Shown: one piece after another, positions 21,678 through 33,968 of the stretch
Numbering within the stretch: the stretch's first letter is position 1
Layout of the letters: each line of letters starts with the position of its first letter
DNA from: Anaeramoeba ignava BMAN
Lineage: Eukaryota > Protista > Anaeramoebae
Reading direction: 5' to 3'
Assembly: GCA_028826165.1 (NCBI GenBank)
Contig: JAPDFW010000075.1
Coordinates: 124,001 to 188,000 of the forward strand
DNA: 64,000 nt
The notes under the pieces: generated by a model
Database searches by the model: none
Told to the model about the DNA's origin: nothing
The model's input: the letters and a program-made list of their open reading frames with translations, nothing else
Program-made: the position numbers and the translations under genes

Positions 21678-24323
21678 TTAATCCAAATCAAGAGAAGCTT
21701 TTAAAAGCTTCAATCAAATTTGAAATGTCTACATTTTTCACTGAAGAATCAAATTTATAAGCTGTAGGTAACCAATGAAGAGTTTCTAAAATTGATTGAA
21801 TTGATAAAAATATCTGATCTTCATCTCTTTCAAATTTTGAAGGAAAACAAAAATCACTTTTGAAGAAAATTCCTTCAGAATCATTTCGATTTGGTTGATG
21901 GAAAAACGTTGATTTTCAAATGTTTGAGTTTTTGGATCATTTCCTTCGCAATTAAAGAAATGGCAGTTTCTTTTTGATTGGATCATTTGAACGTTTTTTG
22001 GTTTTTGAGAAACATTAACGTTAACATTTTCATTTTCAGAAACACTTAAGAATTGAGTTTCGAGCATAGCCAAAAGCTCAGAAATATATTCCATATCGCG
22101 AGTGGATCCATTAATAAAACAAACATAGAAAAACTTTCTGATGACGAACTGAAGAAGAGAGGAATAGCAAGAAATGGATTTTTCGAAAATTTGGATCATT
22201 TCGTCGTTATTGTATTTTGAACCATTTGGGTCGTTAATGTTTTTATAAGGTTGTTTGAAGGTCATTAATTCCCAGACAAAAAGACCAAAGGAATGCACGT
22301 CTGAGCCCTGGTGGAAATGGATGCTCATTATGTGGGGAAATCCTTTGTAAACGGTTCTTTGGGAAGCATAAACATGTCAACAATTTTGAATTGACTTGAT
22401 TTTGAAGTTAGCATGACATTTTCAGGTTTCAAAGTGAGAAGTAATAGATCCTTTTCTGAATGCAATAAGGAAATTGCTGCGGCGGTTTTTTGGAGGATGT
22501 TGAGCAAGGTTGTCCTGTCGAACTTGGTGTTTTGAGCTTGCATTCTGTCCATCCAATCGCGAATACTTCCTTGAGGATAATATTTTCTAATTGCGACAAA
22601 TGCGCTTTTCCATTTTCTTCGTGATCAATAAAATATCCGTAAAAAGTGCCAAAAAAATGTTTTCCTGAAAAATTTCTTTTTGAATCAAAGAAGCTATTGA
22701 TATTTTCTTCAACGTTGGATTTTTGCCTAATTTTGACATTCTTTTCCATTTGTTCGTTGTAATATTTTTGTTCCAATGCGAGATTTGGCTGGCTCAAATC
22801 CTCCACAATTTTGATTACAACGTCTTTTGATTCCCATTTTCCAAGATAGCTCTTTCCGTTTATTCCTTTTCCGATTTGGTGAAGAACTTGGATCTTGTTC
22901 ATATCAATCCAGCAATTTATAAAAATACTAAATTCGGAAACTAAATCATTGAAGATATCTTTGTTTGATTTTTTTCTTGTTTTTAAAATGATTTTCTGTT
23001 GAAAATGACTGAGAATAAAATTGGAAACTTGATTTCGAGCGCAATCAATCGGTTTTTCCGAGTCTTTTTGCTGATAAATTTGCGTCGTATTTAAAAGAAG
23101 AAGTATAGCGGGAACGTTTCCTAATTCTGCTGCGATATGAAGAGGTGATTTATTTTCTGCTCCAATTATATTTGGATTTCCTCCATTTTCCAGTATAAGT
23201 TTGACAAGTAGATTATTATTCTCAAGAATAGCATAATATAATAGGGAATTTTCATATTGATCTCTGTAATTTTGGAAATGGAATTTTTGTAGAATTGATT
23301 TGATTTGCCCCAAATATCTATTTGATAAAGCTAAACGGAAAAATTTCTATTTTTATAAAATTCAGTTTAAAAAAATTCAGTTTAAAAAAATTCAGTTTAA
23401 AAATGAATGTATTTGTTTTTACTCCAATTTTATCTAGATCTAAGCCTGAGAATTTCGAGGAAATGATTGAACTCAGAAAACTTATATCTTCATTTATAAT
23501 TTCTATATCTTTTAATAAATGATAATTTGGAAAATTAAGTGGATTCATTTTGGATCGCAGAATTTTCTGAACAAAAATTGAATGAGTATAATGATAAGCA
23601 GTTTTTCCTTCTTGGGAAATTGTATTTGGATCTGCACCGTGATTGAGTAGCAATTCAACCAAGGAAGAATTGTTATTTCTTGCAGCAAGATGAATGGGAA
23701 GCAATTTTTTTGAAAAGAGATGAAAATTTGCGTTATTTTTCAACAATAATTCAGCAATTTTATAAAAACCAAATTCAACAGCAATAAATAAAGGTGTACA
23801 GCCACTCTTATCTTGGATATCGATATCTGCTTTGTTCTCAATAAATAGTTCGATAATATCATACATGTTTCCTGCAACAGCAATGTGCAAAGGTGATTTC
23901 CCTTTTTTATTTTGTGAATTAATTTTTATTCCACTTTTTCTATAAGTAATCGAATCATATCCAATTTTGAATTTTTGTGTTGCTTGATGAAGAAGGTTTG
24001 ATCCATCTTCTTCTTTATAATTCACTATTTCTTCATAATTGTTTGTGATTTTATCTTGATTGTTTTCATGTCATTTTTCATAATTGCTTCAAATAAGTTC
24101 TTATCTTTTGGTTGATTTTCTTTTTCCTCTTTCATTTCTTCTCCTCCATTTTGGAAAAATATTCTATTGCAAACTTTTTGGAAAGTGAATTTTTATTTAT
24201 TATTATAATTATTATAATTATTTTTTTTACTTCAAGATTCCAATTAAAACGACGAAGATATTTTTTTGCGAATTTTTCGTTTTTATTTGTTAAATTTGAA
24301 AAAATTTTAACTTGATTTTCCAT
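21678..24323 (-). CDS. UBA-like + ankyrin repeats + TKL-like pseudokinase (introns ~24174-24230 and ~23318-23422; frameshifts)
   Basis: Spliced N-terminus FAKKYLRRFNWNLE|FAIEYF (UBA_4-like); ankyrin repeats SPLHIAV, TPLFIAV, PIHLAA; kinase motifs GKGINGK, VVIK, LTLKPEN, IVDMF, DVHSFGLFVWELMT. Confidence 0.7.
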
Positions 24324-24514
24324 TTAAAAAATTAAAAAAAAAAATTAAAAAAAAAATGAAAAAAATGAAAAAAGGAAAAAAAAAGGAAAAAAAAAGGAAA
24401 AAGAAAAAAGAAAAAAGAAAAAAGAAAAAGAAAAAGAAAAAAGTGGATTTTGTTTTAATTTTGATTTTGATTTTAATTTTAATTTTAATTTTGATTTTAA
24501 TTTTAATTTTGATT

Positions 24515-26377
24515 TTAATTTTGATTATTAAATTTGTTAATTAATAAATCAATTAAATTTGGATTTGTTTGATTTAATTGAAAATAATCAATTCCAATTT
24601 GAATTTCATTAATCATTTCTTGTGTAATTTGAATTTCATCTTTAATTTGATTTGAATAAATCCAATATTCTAATATTTGAAATGATTTATTACTTAATTC
24701 ACTATAATCTGTAACTTTATTAGAAGTATCATTTGTTACAGATAAAAACATTCCTCGATATAATTCACTTCTCATTATTAATATTAATTTAGGAAATTTA
24801 TATTGTTTTTCTTTTCTTTCAATTATAAAATCTTTTTCATTTTCATTTTCATTTAAATAAATTCTTTTCATTGTTTCTTCAATTTTTTCATTTGAATTTA
24901 TAATTTCTTTAATTTCTAAATATAACTTTGGATTTATTATTTTGTTTGAATAAATCATTTCAAATATTTGATTTGATTCTTTAATTGATTTTTTTGAAAT
25001 AATTTCTTGAAGTTTTTCAATTTGATTTTCATTTTGATTTTGATTTTCATTTTGATTTTCATCTTTTAATCTATATTTCAATATTAATTTATGAGCTTCA
25101 ATTATTTCTCCATTTTCTGTTTTAAATGAAATATTACAAAATTCTTTTCTTCTAAATAGTTTTATCAAATCTTCTTCAAGATTGGAAAAAGAAGGAGAAG
25201 AATAATAAAGAAATGAATTGAAATATCCACAAGAAATATGATAATTAGAAATATTTTCATTAAATCTTAATTTAGGAATTTCAATTTGAATTGGAATTGA
25301 TTGATTATCTCTATCTCCAGTTCCTAATTGACCATATTCATTATATCCAAATACTATTAATTTTGATTTGGAAGTTAAAATCAAAGTATGAAAATTTCCA
25401 ACAGAAAAATCAATAATATTATCATTTTCAAATAAAGATGATTTGATTTCACTAAATTCATTTGTATCTCTATTTTTGCCAAGTCCATTCCATTGATAAT
25501 CTCCACATGAATAAAGTTTTCTTTTTGGATTTTGATTTTGATCTTCATTTTGATTTTGATTTTGATCATTTTGATTTTGATTTTGATTTTTATTTTGATT
25601 TTCATATTCATTTTGATTTTCAATCAACATTATTGAATGATAAAATCCAGATTGAATATCAATTATTTTGCCTTTTGGAATATTTTGGATTTTGGTTAAT
25701 TCTTGGATTTTTGTTTCTTTTCTTCTTGATTCTCCTAATCCAAGTTGGCCATAATTGTTGTTTCCAGATACAAATAATTCTTGATTTGAATTTAAAATAA
25801 AAACATGATTTGAAGTATTTCCTGAAAATATTTTAGAAACATTTTTCATCATTAAAATTGGTTTTTCTGTTTTTTTTAGTGTTTCAGAATCACAACCAAG
25901 TTGACCAAAATTATTTAAACCAATTCCATAAGCATTTTGATTTGAAGTTAATAAGTAAATTGAACCAATTCCAGAAACAATATCTTGAATTATTCTATCA
26001 TTTATATCTTCAATTAATGATGAAATATTGATAAATTCTTTTGAATTTTTTGGATTAATATTATTTCCTTTGGCAAATACATTTCCTTCTATTGTTAAAA
26101 TAGCTTCATTTTGATAACCAACAGCTACTTTTTGAATATTTTTAATTTGAATTTTTGAAGGATTTTGTTTTGAATATCTTGAATATTCTATTGCTTTTCC
26201 ATTTTTAAAAAGGAAAATTGTTGAAAAGAAACCTGTTGAAATTTGTTTAATTTGTTTTTCATTTTCATTTTCATTTTCATTTTCAAATTTAAATTGAATT
26301 GATTTTGTTATTTTATCTGTTTCATTTTTGATAAGTTTTGGATAATCATTTAAACCAAAAAATAAACAATCATTCAT
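24515..26377 (-). CDS. RCC1 + tandem BTB protein (array B)
   Basis: Intact ORF, 620 aa. Confidence 0.9.
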   Translation of the reverse strand: MNDCLFFGLNDYPKLIKNETDKITKSIQFKFENENENENEKQIKQISTGFFSTIFLFKNGKAIEYSRYSKQNPSKIQIKNIQKVAVGYQNEAILTIEGNVFAKGNNINPKNSKEFINISSLIEDINDRIIQDIVSGIGSIYLLTSNQNAYGIGLNNFGQLGCDSETLKKTEKPILMMKNVSKIFSGNTSNHVFILNSNQELFVSGNNNYGQLGLGESRRKETKIQELTKIQNIPKGKIIDIQSGFYHSIMLIENQNEYENQNKNQNQNQNDQNQNQNEDQNQNPKRKLYSCGDYQWNGLGKNRDTNEFSEIKSSLFENDNIIDFSVGNFHTLILTSKSKLIVFGYNEYGQLGTGDRDNQSIPIQIEIPKLRFNENISNYHISCGYFNSFLYYSSPSFSNLEEDLIKLFRRKEFCNISFKTENGEIIEAHKLILKYRLKDENQNENQNQNENQIEKLQEIISKKSIKESNQIFEMIYSNKIINPKLYLEIKEIINSNEKIEETMKRIYLNENENEKDFIIERKEKQYKFPKLILIMRSELYRGMFLSVTNDTSNKVTDYSELSNKSFQILEYWIYSNQIKDEIQITQEMINEIQIGIDYFQLNQTNPNLIDLLINKFNNQN

Positions 26378-26764
26378 TTTTGAAAAGAAAAATGAAAAAT
26401 GTGGTGATTTTAATTTTAATTTTGATTTTAATTTTAATTTTAATTTTAATTTTGATTTTAATTTTAATTTTAATTTTAATTTTGATTTTAATTTTAATTT
26501 TAATTTTGGAATTTTGATTTTAATTTTGATTTTGATTTTAATTTGATTTTAATTTTTGATTTTAATTTTTAATTTTAATTTTAATTTTAATTTAATTTTA
26601 ATTTTAATTTTTTAATTTTAATTTTGATTTTGATTTTTAATTTTAATTTTAATTTTTAATTTTAATTTTGATTTTAATTTTAATTTTGATTTTAATTTTA
26701 ATTTTAATTTTTAATTTTGATTTTAATTTTGATTATAATTTTAATTTTGATTTTAATTTTAATT

Positions 26765-28597
26765 TTAATTTTGATTATTAAATTTGTTAATTAATAAATC
26801 AAATAAATTTGGATTTGTTTGATTTAATTGAAAATAATCAATTCCTGTTTCTAATTCATCAATTATTTCTTTTGTAATTTGAATTCCATCTTTAATTTGA
26901 TTTGAATAAATCCAATATTCAAATATTTGAAATGATTTATTACTTAATTCACTATAATCTGTAACTTTATTAGAAGTATCTTCAGTAACAGATAAAAACA
27001 TTCCTCGATATAATTCACTTCTCATTATTAATATTAATTTTGGAAATTTATATTGTTTTTCTTTTCTTTCAATTATAAAATCTTTTTCATTTTCATTTTC
27101 ATTTTCATTTAAATAAATTCTTTTCATTGTTTCTTCAATTTTTTCATTTGAATTTATAATTTCTTTAATTTCTAAATATAATTTTGGATTTATTATTTTG
27201 TTTGAATAAATCATTTCAAATATTTGATTAGATTCTTTAATTGATTTTTTTGAAATAATTTCTTGAAGTTTTTCAATTTGATTTTCATTTTGATTTAATC
27301 TATATTTCAATATTAATTTATGAGCTTTGATTATTTCTCCATTTTCTGTTTTAAATGAAATATTACAAAATTCTTTTCTTCTAAATAGTTTTATCAAATC
27401 TTCTTCAAGATTGGAAAAAGAAGATGAAAGAGAAGGAGAATAATAAAAAAATGATGTTGAATATCCACAAGAAATATGATAATTAGAAATATTTTCATTA
27501 AATATTAATTTAGGAATTTCAATTTGAATTGGAATAAATTGATATTTTGTATTTCCATTTCCTAATTGACCATGTTCATTACTTCCAAATACTATTAGTT
27601 TTGAATTGGAAGTTAAAACCAAAGTATGAGATTCACCAACAGAAATATCAAGAATAATATTATCATCATCATTTTCAAATAAAGATGATTCGATTTCAGT
27701 AAATTCATCAGTATGTTGAATTTTATCAAGTCCATTATAATGATAATATCCACATGAATAAAGTTTTCTTTTTGGATTTTGATTTTGATTTTGATTTTGA
27801 TTTTGATCTTCATTTTGATTTTCATTTTGATTTTCATTTTCGATCATCATTATTGAATGAAAATTTCCACATTGAATATCAATTATTTTGCCTTTTGGAA
27901 TATTTTTAATTTTGGTTAATTTATGAATTTTTGTTTCTTCTCTTCTTGATTTTCCTAATCCAAGTTGACCATAATTGTTATTTCCGCATCCAAATAATTC
28001 TTGATTTAAATTTAAAAGAAAAACAGAATATGAAGAATTTCCTGAAAATATTTTAGAAATATTTTCCATTATTAAAATTGGTTTTTCTGTTTTTTTAAGT
28101 GCTTCAGAATCTAAACCAAGTTGACCAGAAGAATTTGAACCAATTCCATAAACATACTGGTTTGAAGTTAATAAGTAAACTGAATTAGCTCCAGAAACAA
28201 TATCTTGAATTATTCTATCGTTTATATCTTCAATTAATGATGAAATATTGATAAATTTATTTGGATTATTTGGATTAATATCTTTTCCTTTGGCAAATAC
28301 ATTTCCTTCTATTGTTAAAATAGCTTCATTTCCAACACCAACAGTTACTTTTTGAATATTTTCTTCAATTTGGACTTTTTCAGATTTTTGTTTTGAATTA
28401 TTTAAATATTCTATTGCTTTTCCATTTTCAAAAAGGAAAATTGTTCCAAAGTAACCTGTTGAAATTTGTTTAATTTGTTTTTCATTTTCATTTTCATTTT
28501 CAAATTTAAATTAAATTGGCTTTTTTATTATTTTTTCTGGTTCATTTTTGATAAGTTTTGGATATTTATTTCTTCCAAAAAATAAACAATCATTCAT
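26765..28597 (-). pseudogene. RCC1 + tandem BTB paralogue with an in-frame TAA at codon 29 (28513-28511)
   Basis: ATG 28597 (MNDCLFFG) is in frame with ORF 26765-28069. The conserved PIQFKF reads CCA ATT TAA TTT AAA. This could be a base-call error. Confidence 0.7.
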
Positions 28598-28876
28598 TTT
28601 TAAAAAAGAAAAAAAATGAAAAAAATGAAAAATGAAATTTTGATTTTAATTTTAATTTTAATTTTAATTTTAATTTTAATTTTAATTTTGATTTTGATTT
28701 TAATTTTGATTTTAATTTTGATTTTGATTTTAATTAAAAAATTAAACATTTTTCTTTCTTTTCTTTCTTTCTTTTGAATTTGAATTTGATTTTGATTTTG
28801 ATTTTGAATTTGATTTTGATTTTGAATTTGAATTTGAATTTTAATTTTGATTTTAATTTTAATTTTAATTTTAATT

Positions 28877-30691
28877 TTAATTTTTAAATTTTTTAATTAA
28901 TAAATCAAATAAATTTGGATTTGTTTGATTTAATTGAAAATAATCAATTCCTGTTTCAAGTTCATCAATAATTTCTTGTGTAATTTGAATTCCATCTTTA
29001 ATTTGATTTGAATAAATCCAATATTCAAATATTTGAAATGATTTATTACTTAATTCACTATAATCTGTAACTTTATTTGAAGTATCATTTGTTACAGATA
29101 AAAACATTCCTCGATATAATTCACTTCTCATTATTAATATTAATTTGGGAAATTTATATTGTTTTTCTTTTCTTTCAATTATAAAATCTTTCTCATTTTC
29201 ATTTTCATTTAAATAAATTCTTTTCATTGTTTCTTCTATTTTTTCATTTGAATTTATAATTTCTTTAATTTCAGAATATAATTTTGGATTTATTATTCTG
29301 TTTGAATAAATCATTTCAAATATTTGATTTGATTCTTTAATTGATTTTTTTGAAATAATTTCTTGAAGTTTTTCATTTTGATTTTGATTTAATCTATATT
29401 TCAATATTAATTTATGAGCTTCAATTATTTCTCCATTTTCGGTTTTAAATGAAATATTGCAAAATTCTTTTCTTCTAAATAATTTTATCAAATCTTCTTC
29501 AAGATTGGAAAAAGAAAGAGAAGAATAATAAAGAAATGAATTGTAATACCCACAAGAAACATGATAATTAGAAATATTTTCATTAAATCTCAATTTAGGA
29601 AGTTCAATTTGAATTGGAATTAATTGATTATTTGTATCTCCATTTCCTAATTCACCAAATAAATTATCTCCAAATCCAATTAATTTTGATTTGGAAGTTA
29701 AAATCAAAGTATGAAAATTTCCAACAGAAAAATCAAGAATAATATCATCATCATTTTCAAATAAAGATGATTTGATTTCAGTAAATTCATAAGTATCTCT
29801 ATTTTTGCCAAGTCCATTATATTCATAATCTCCACATGAATAAAGTTTTCTTTTTGGATTTTGATTTTCATTTTCATTTTCATTTTCATTTTCATTTTCA
29901 TTTTCATCTTCAATCAACATTATTGAATGAGCCCATCCATATTGAATATCAATTATTTTACCTTTTGGAATATTTTGGATTTTGGTTAATTTATGGATTT
30001 TTTCTTCTTCTTTTCTTGATTCTCCTAATCCAAGTTGGCCATATTTGTTATATCCGCATACAAATAATTCTTGATTTGAATTTAAAATAACATGATTTGA
30101 ATAATTTCCTGAAAATATTTTAGAAACATTTTTCATCATTAAAATTGGTTTTTCTGTTTTATAAAGTGTTTTAAAATCAAAACCAAGTTGACCAAAATTA
30201 TTTAAACCAATTCCATAAGCATTTTGATTTGAAGTTAATAAGTAAATTGAACCAATTCCAGAAACAATATCTTGAATTATTCTATCATTTTTATCTTCAA
30301 TTAATGATGAAATATTGATAAATTCTTTTGGATTTTTTGGATTAATATTCATTCCTTTGGCAAATACATTTCCTTCTATTGTTAAAATAGCTTCATTTTG
30401 AAAACCAACAGTTACTTTTTGAATATTTTCTTCAATTTGGATTTTTTGAGGATTTTGTTTTGAATTATTTAAATATTCTATTGCTTTTCCATTTTTAAAA
30501 AGGAAAATCGTTGAAAAATAACTTGTTGAAATTTGTTTAATTTGTTTTTCATTTTCATTTTCATTTTCATTTTCATTTTCATTTTCATTTTCATTTTCAA
30601 ATTTAAATTGAATTGGTTTTTTTATTTTATCTGATTCATTTTTGATAAGAATTGGATTTTTATTTCTTCCAAAAAATAAACAATCATTCAT
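28877..30691 (-). CDS. RCC1 + tandem BTB protein (array B)
   Basis: Intact ORF, 604 aa. Confidence 0.9.
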   Translation of the reverse strand: MNDCLFFGRNKNPILIKNESDKIKKPIQFKFENENENENENENENENEKQIKQISTSYFSTIFLFKNGKAIEYLNNSKQNPQKIQIEENIQKVTVGFQNEAILTIEGNVFAKGMNINPKNPKEFINISSLIEDKNDRIIQDIVSGIGSIYLLTSNQNAYGIGLNNFGQLGFDFKTLYKTEKPILMMKNVSKIFSGNYSNHVILNSNQELFVCGYNKYGQLGLGESRKEEEKIHKLTKIQNIPKGKIIDIQYGWAHSIMLIEDENENENENENENENQNPKRKLYSCGDYEYNGLGKNRDTYEFTEIKSSLFENDDDIILDFSVGNFHTLILTSKSKLIGFGDNLFGELGNGDTNNQLIPIQIELPKLRFNENISNYHVSCGYYNSFLYYSSLSFSNLEEDLIKLFRRKEFCNISFKTENGEIIEAHKLILKYRLNQNQNEKLQEIISKKSIKESNQIFEMIYSNRIINPKLYSEIKEIINSNEKIEETMKRIYLNENENEKDFIIERKEKQYKFPKLILIMRSELYRGMFLSVTNDTSNKVTDYSELSNKSFQIFEYWIYSNQIKDGIQITQEIIDELETGIDYFQLNQTNPNLFDLLIKKFKN

Positions 30692-30724
30692 TTTTGAAAA
30701 GAAAAAAATGAAAAAATGATTTTT

Positions 30725-31200
30725 TTAATTTTGATTTTAATTTTAATTTTAATTTTAATTTTAATTTTAATTTTAATTTTAATTTTAATTTTAAATTTTA
30801 ATTTTAATTTTAATTTTAATTTTAATTTTAATTTTAATTTTAATTTTAATTTTAATTTTAATTTTAATTTTAATTTTAAATTTTAATTTTAATTTTAATT
30901 TTAATTTTAATTTTAATTTTAATTTTAATTTTAATTTTAATTTTAATTTTAATTTTAATTATAAATTTTAATTTTTAATTTTAATTATAAATTTTAATTT
31001 TAATTTTTAATTTTTTTTAATTTTAATTTTAATTTGATTTTAATTTTAATTTTAATTTTAAATTTTTTTTTAATTTTAATTTTAAATTTTAATTTTTATT
31101 TTTAATTTTAATTTTAATTTTAATTTTAATTTTAATTTTAATTTTGTTTAAATTTTAATTTTAATTTTAATTTTAATTTAATAAATTTTAATTTTAATTG
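30725..31200 (-). repeat. (AAAATT)n microsatellite
   Basis: Top strand reads (TTTTAA)n. Similar tracts separate all RCC1-BTB copies. Confidence 0.9.
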
Positions 31201-31675
31201 GAATTTTGATTTTATTTTTTTTAAAGAATTCCAGAAATGAGTCATTTACGATATTTTTAAAGTTTATTTGCTAGATTTAAATTTTCCATTTTCTTTCTTT
31301 TTTATTTTAATTTTTGATTTTAATTTTTGTTTTTGATTTTAAGTTTAATTTTGATTTTAAGTTTAATTTTAAGTTTAATTCTTACAAAAAAAAAATTTTT
31401 AAAAAAAAAAAAGGAAAATTTTTAATTGAAAAAATTTTGATCTTTTTTTTTTAATTAATAAAAATAAAAAATAAATAAAAATAAAAGATTGTTATTTTGA
31501 CTTTTAAAAGAAAAAAGTTTTATTTATTTTTATTTTTTTTATTTTTTCATTTTTTTTTTCTCTTTTTTTTTTGTGTTTTATTCAATTTTTTCTTATAAAA
31601 AATTTTTTTTTTTTTTTCGATTTTCTTTTATTAAATTTCTTTTTTAAAAAACAAAAATAATAATTTAAAAATAAT

Positions 31676-33743
31676 ATGACTCAATTTTTAAAGAATAGAT
31701 GGCTTTTAAATAAGAAAATTGGTGAAGGATCCTTTGGTAAAAATAAAATAAAATAAAAAAAAATTAAAAATTAAAAATTAAAAAAACATGACAAAGAAAA
31801 GAAAATAAAAGAAAAAAATAATAAAATAAAACTTTCAATGATCAAAAAAATCCAATTAATAGAATATAAAATATAAATAAGAATATAAAATATAAATAAG
31901 AATATAAAATATAAATAAGAATATAAAATATAAATAAGAACTTAAAACAAATCTAAATAATATTTATAATTATTTTTTTTTTATTTGATCTTATTACATT
32001 TTTTTTTTAGGGGAGATTTATCAAGCTTATGATAGTGAATTACAAAAGAATGTAGCAATTAAATTTGAAAAGAAAACAGAACAAAGACAAACAATTAAAC
32101 TTGATATTGCAGTTATTCATCAATCAAAAGGTAAAAAAAAAAAAAATAACCGATTAAATTAAAATTTAAATTAAAAAAATTTAAATTAAAAAAATTAATT
32201 GTGATCTAATTTGATCTAAAAAAAATATTTTTTTTTTCCTCTTTTTTTTTGATTTTATTCATTTTAAAAAAATAAAAAAGGAAGTAAATATATTCCTGAA
32301 TTCATTTATTGTGGGCAAACTGAAACTCATTTTTTTCTTGTTATGGAATTACTTGGAGAAAATCTTTCCCAATTAAGAAGAAAACAAAAAACATCAACTT
32401 TTTCACTTCCAACAACAATAAAACTAGCAATTGATGTAAATTATATAATTTTTATTTAATATAAATAAATTAATTTATTTATAAAATGAATTTTTTTTAA
32501 TTATTTTAGATGATTTGTGGAATTGAATTTGTGCATTCTCTTGGTTATATTCATCGAGATATTAAACCAGTAATTAAATTTATTAAATTTTTATTTTTAA
32601 TTTTTATTTTTAAATTTTATTTTTATAGTCAAATTTCGCAATCAAAAATATTGATTCAAATGAAAGTTATTCAAATCTTTCACCTGTTTTATCAATTTTC
32701 GATTTTGGACTTTCAAGAAAATATATAGATTCTTCTGGAAAAATGAAACCAGTAAAAAAATTAAAAAAATTAAAAAATTAAAAAAATTAAATTAAAAAAT
32801 TAAAAAAATTGATTTAATAAATTAGTCAAGAGAATCAGTTGGATTCCGTGGAACAGCAAGATATGCATCAGTTGCTTCACATGAAGGCAAAGTAAATTAA
32901 TTTAAATTTAAATTTAAATTTTAATTTTAATTTTAATTTTAATTTTATTGAATTTTAAAAAGGAACTTGGAAGAAAAGATGATTTAATTTCCTTGTTTTA
33001 TTGCTTAATTGAATTTTTATATGGAAAACTTATGTGGTCTGATATTAAAGATAAACAAGAAATTCTAAATTTAAAAACTGTTTTTAATTCTTCAAAACTT
33101 CCATCAGAACTTCCTCATCAATTTACAACTTTTTTTGAATATATAAATTGTAAATTTTTTATATTTTTATTTTAAAAAATTTTTTTATATTTTTAATTTT
33201 AAAATTTTTTATTCAATTTATTTAGCTTTGAAAGAAAATGACGAACCAAATTATTCCTATCTAAAAAAATTATTAATTAATACATACGTTTCTTATGGAT
33301 TTGCTCCAAATTTAAAGTTTGATTGGGAAAAAAATAGTGTTGATTATAATTTAGTATCAAGTTTTATGTAAAAATCAAAATCAAAATCAAAATCAAAAAA
33401 GAAAAAATCAAAAAAGAAAAAATCAAAAAATTCATCTTCTTTTTTTTTTCTTTTAATTTTTATTATTAGGGCTTCTCCTTATAAAAACCCAAATCTTTCA
33501 GTTTTTAATTTTAATTCTCAGTTTCCAAATAATCCTCAAAATCAAAATGCTTTTTCTCAAAAATTTATGAATGAAGTTTTAGATCTTAAAGAATTATATG
33601 GACAAAAAACTAACGAAAAAAGATCAAATTCAAATCAAGAAGAATCACCAACTAAAAATCAAATTGCAGATCCAAAACAATATTGGAAAAATCAAAACCA
33701 AAAATCAACAAGCAAATGCGCTATGAAATGCACTATTTTTTAA
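31676..33743 (+). CDS. Tau-tubulin kinase / CK1-family Ser/Thr kinase, 9 exons, C-terminal CaaX (CTIF)
   Basis: Introns 31737-32010, 32131-32280, 32436-32509, 32570-32628, 32752-32825, 32892-32962, 33150-33225 and 33368-33469 (all GT-AG) splice in frame: IGEGSFGEIY, VAIKFE, HRDIKPSNF, DFGLSR, FRGTARYAS, ELGRKDDL. Confidence 0.9.
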
Positions 33744-33968
33744 ATTAAATTTGTTTCCTTTTCTGTTTTTTTTCTGTTTTTTTGTTTTGATTTTTTTTTT
33801 ATGTTCTTTTAGTTGTGAATTAACTTTCCAAAATTAAATTGAAAAATTGAATTGAAATTAAATCAAAACAATTTAAATTTTAAATTATAAATAAACAAAA
33901 ATTTAAAAAGAAAAATTAGTTTAAGTTTTGTTTTAAATTTTTGTTTTAATTGGTTTTAATTTTTAAAA

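Noticed and set aside
16395-24323. Intein/Hint insertion or homing element linked to the HNH gene
   Set aside because: No C...HN-C/S/T splice motifs or LAGLIDADG blocks seen; the HNH gene is free-standing with its own leader.
28511-28513. TAA=Gln alternative genetic code (TAA at a conserved Gln; AAT-TAA runs after genes)
   Set aside because: Only one such case. Gln is otherwise CAA/CAG, and TAA directly follows CaaX motifs (CTIF, CLIF) and other natural C-termini.
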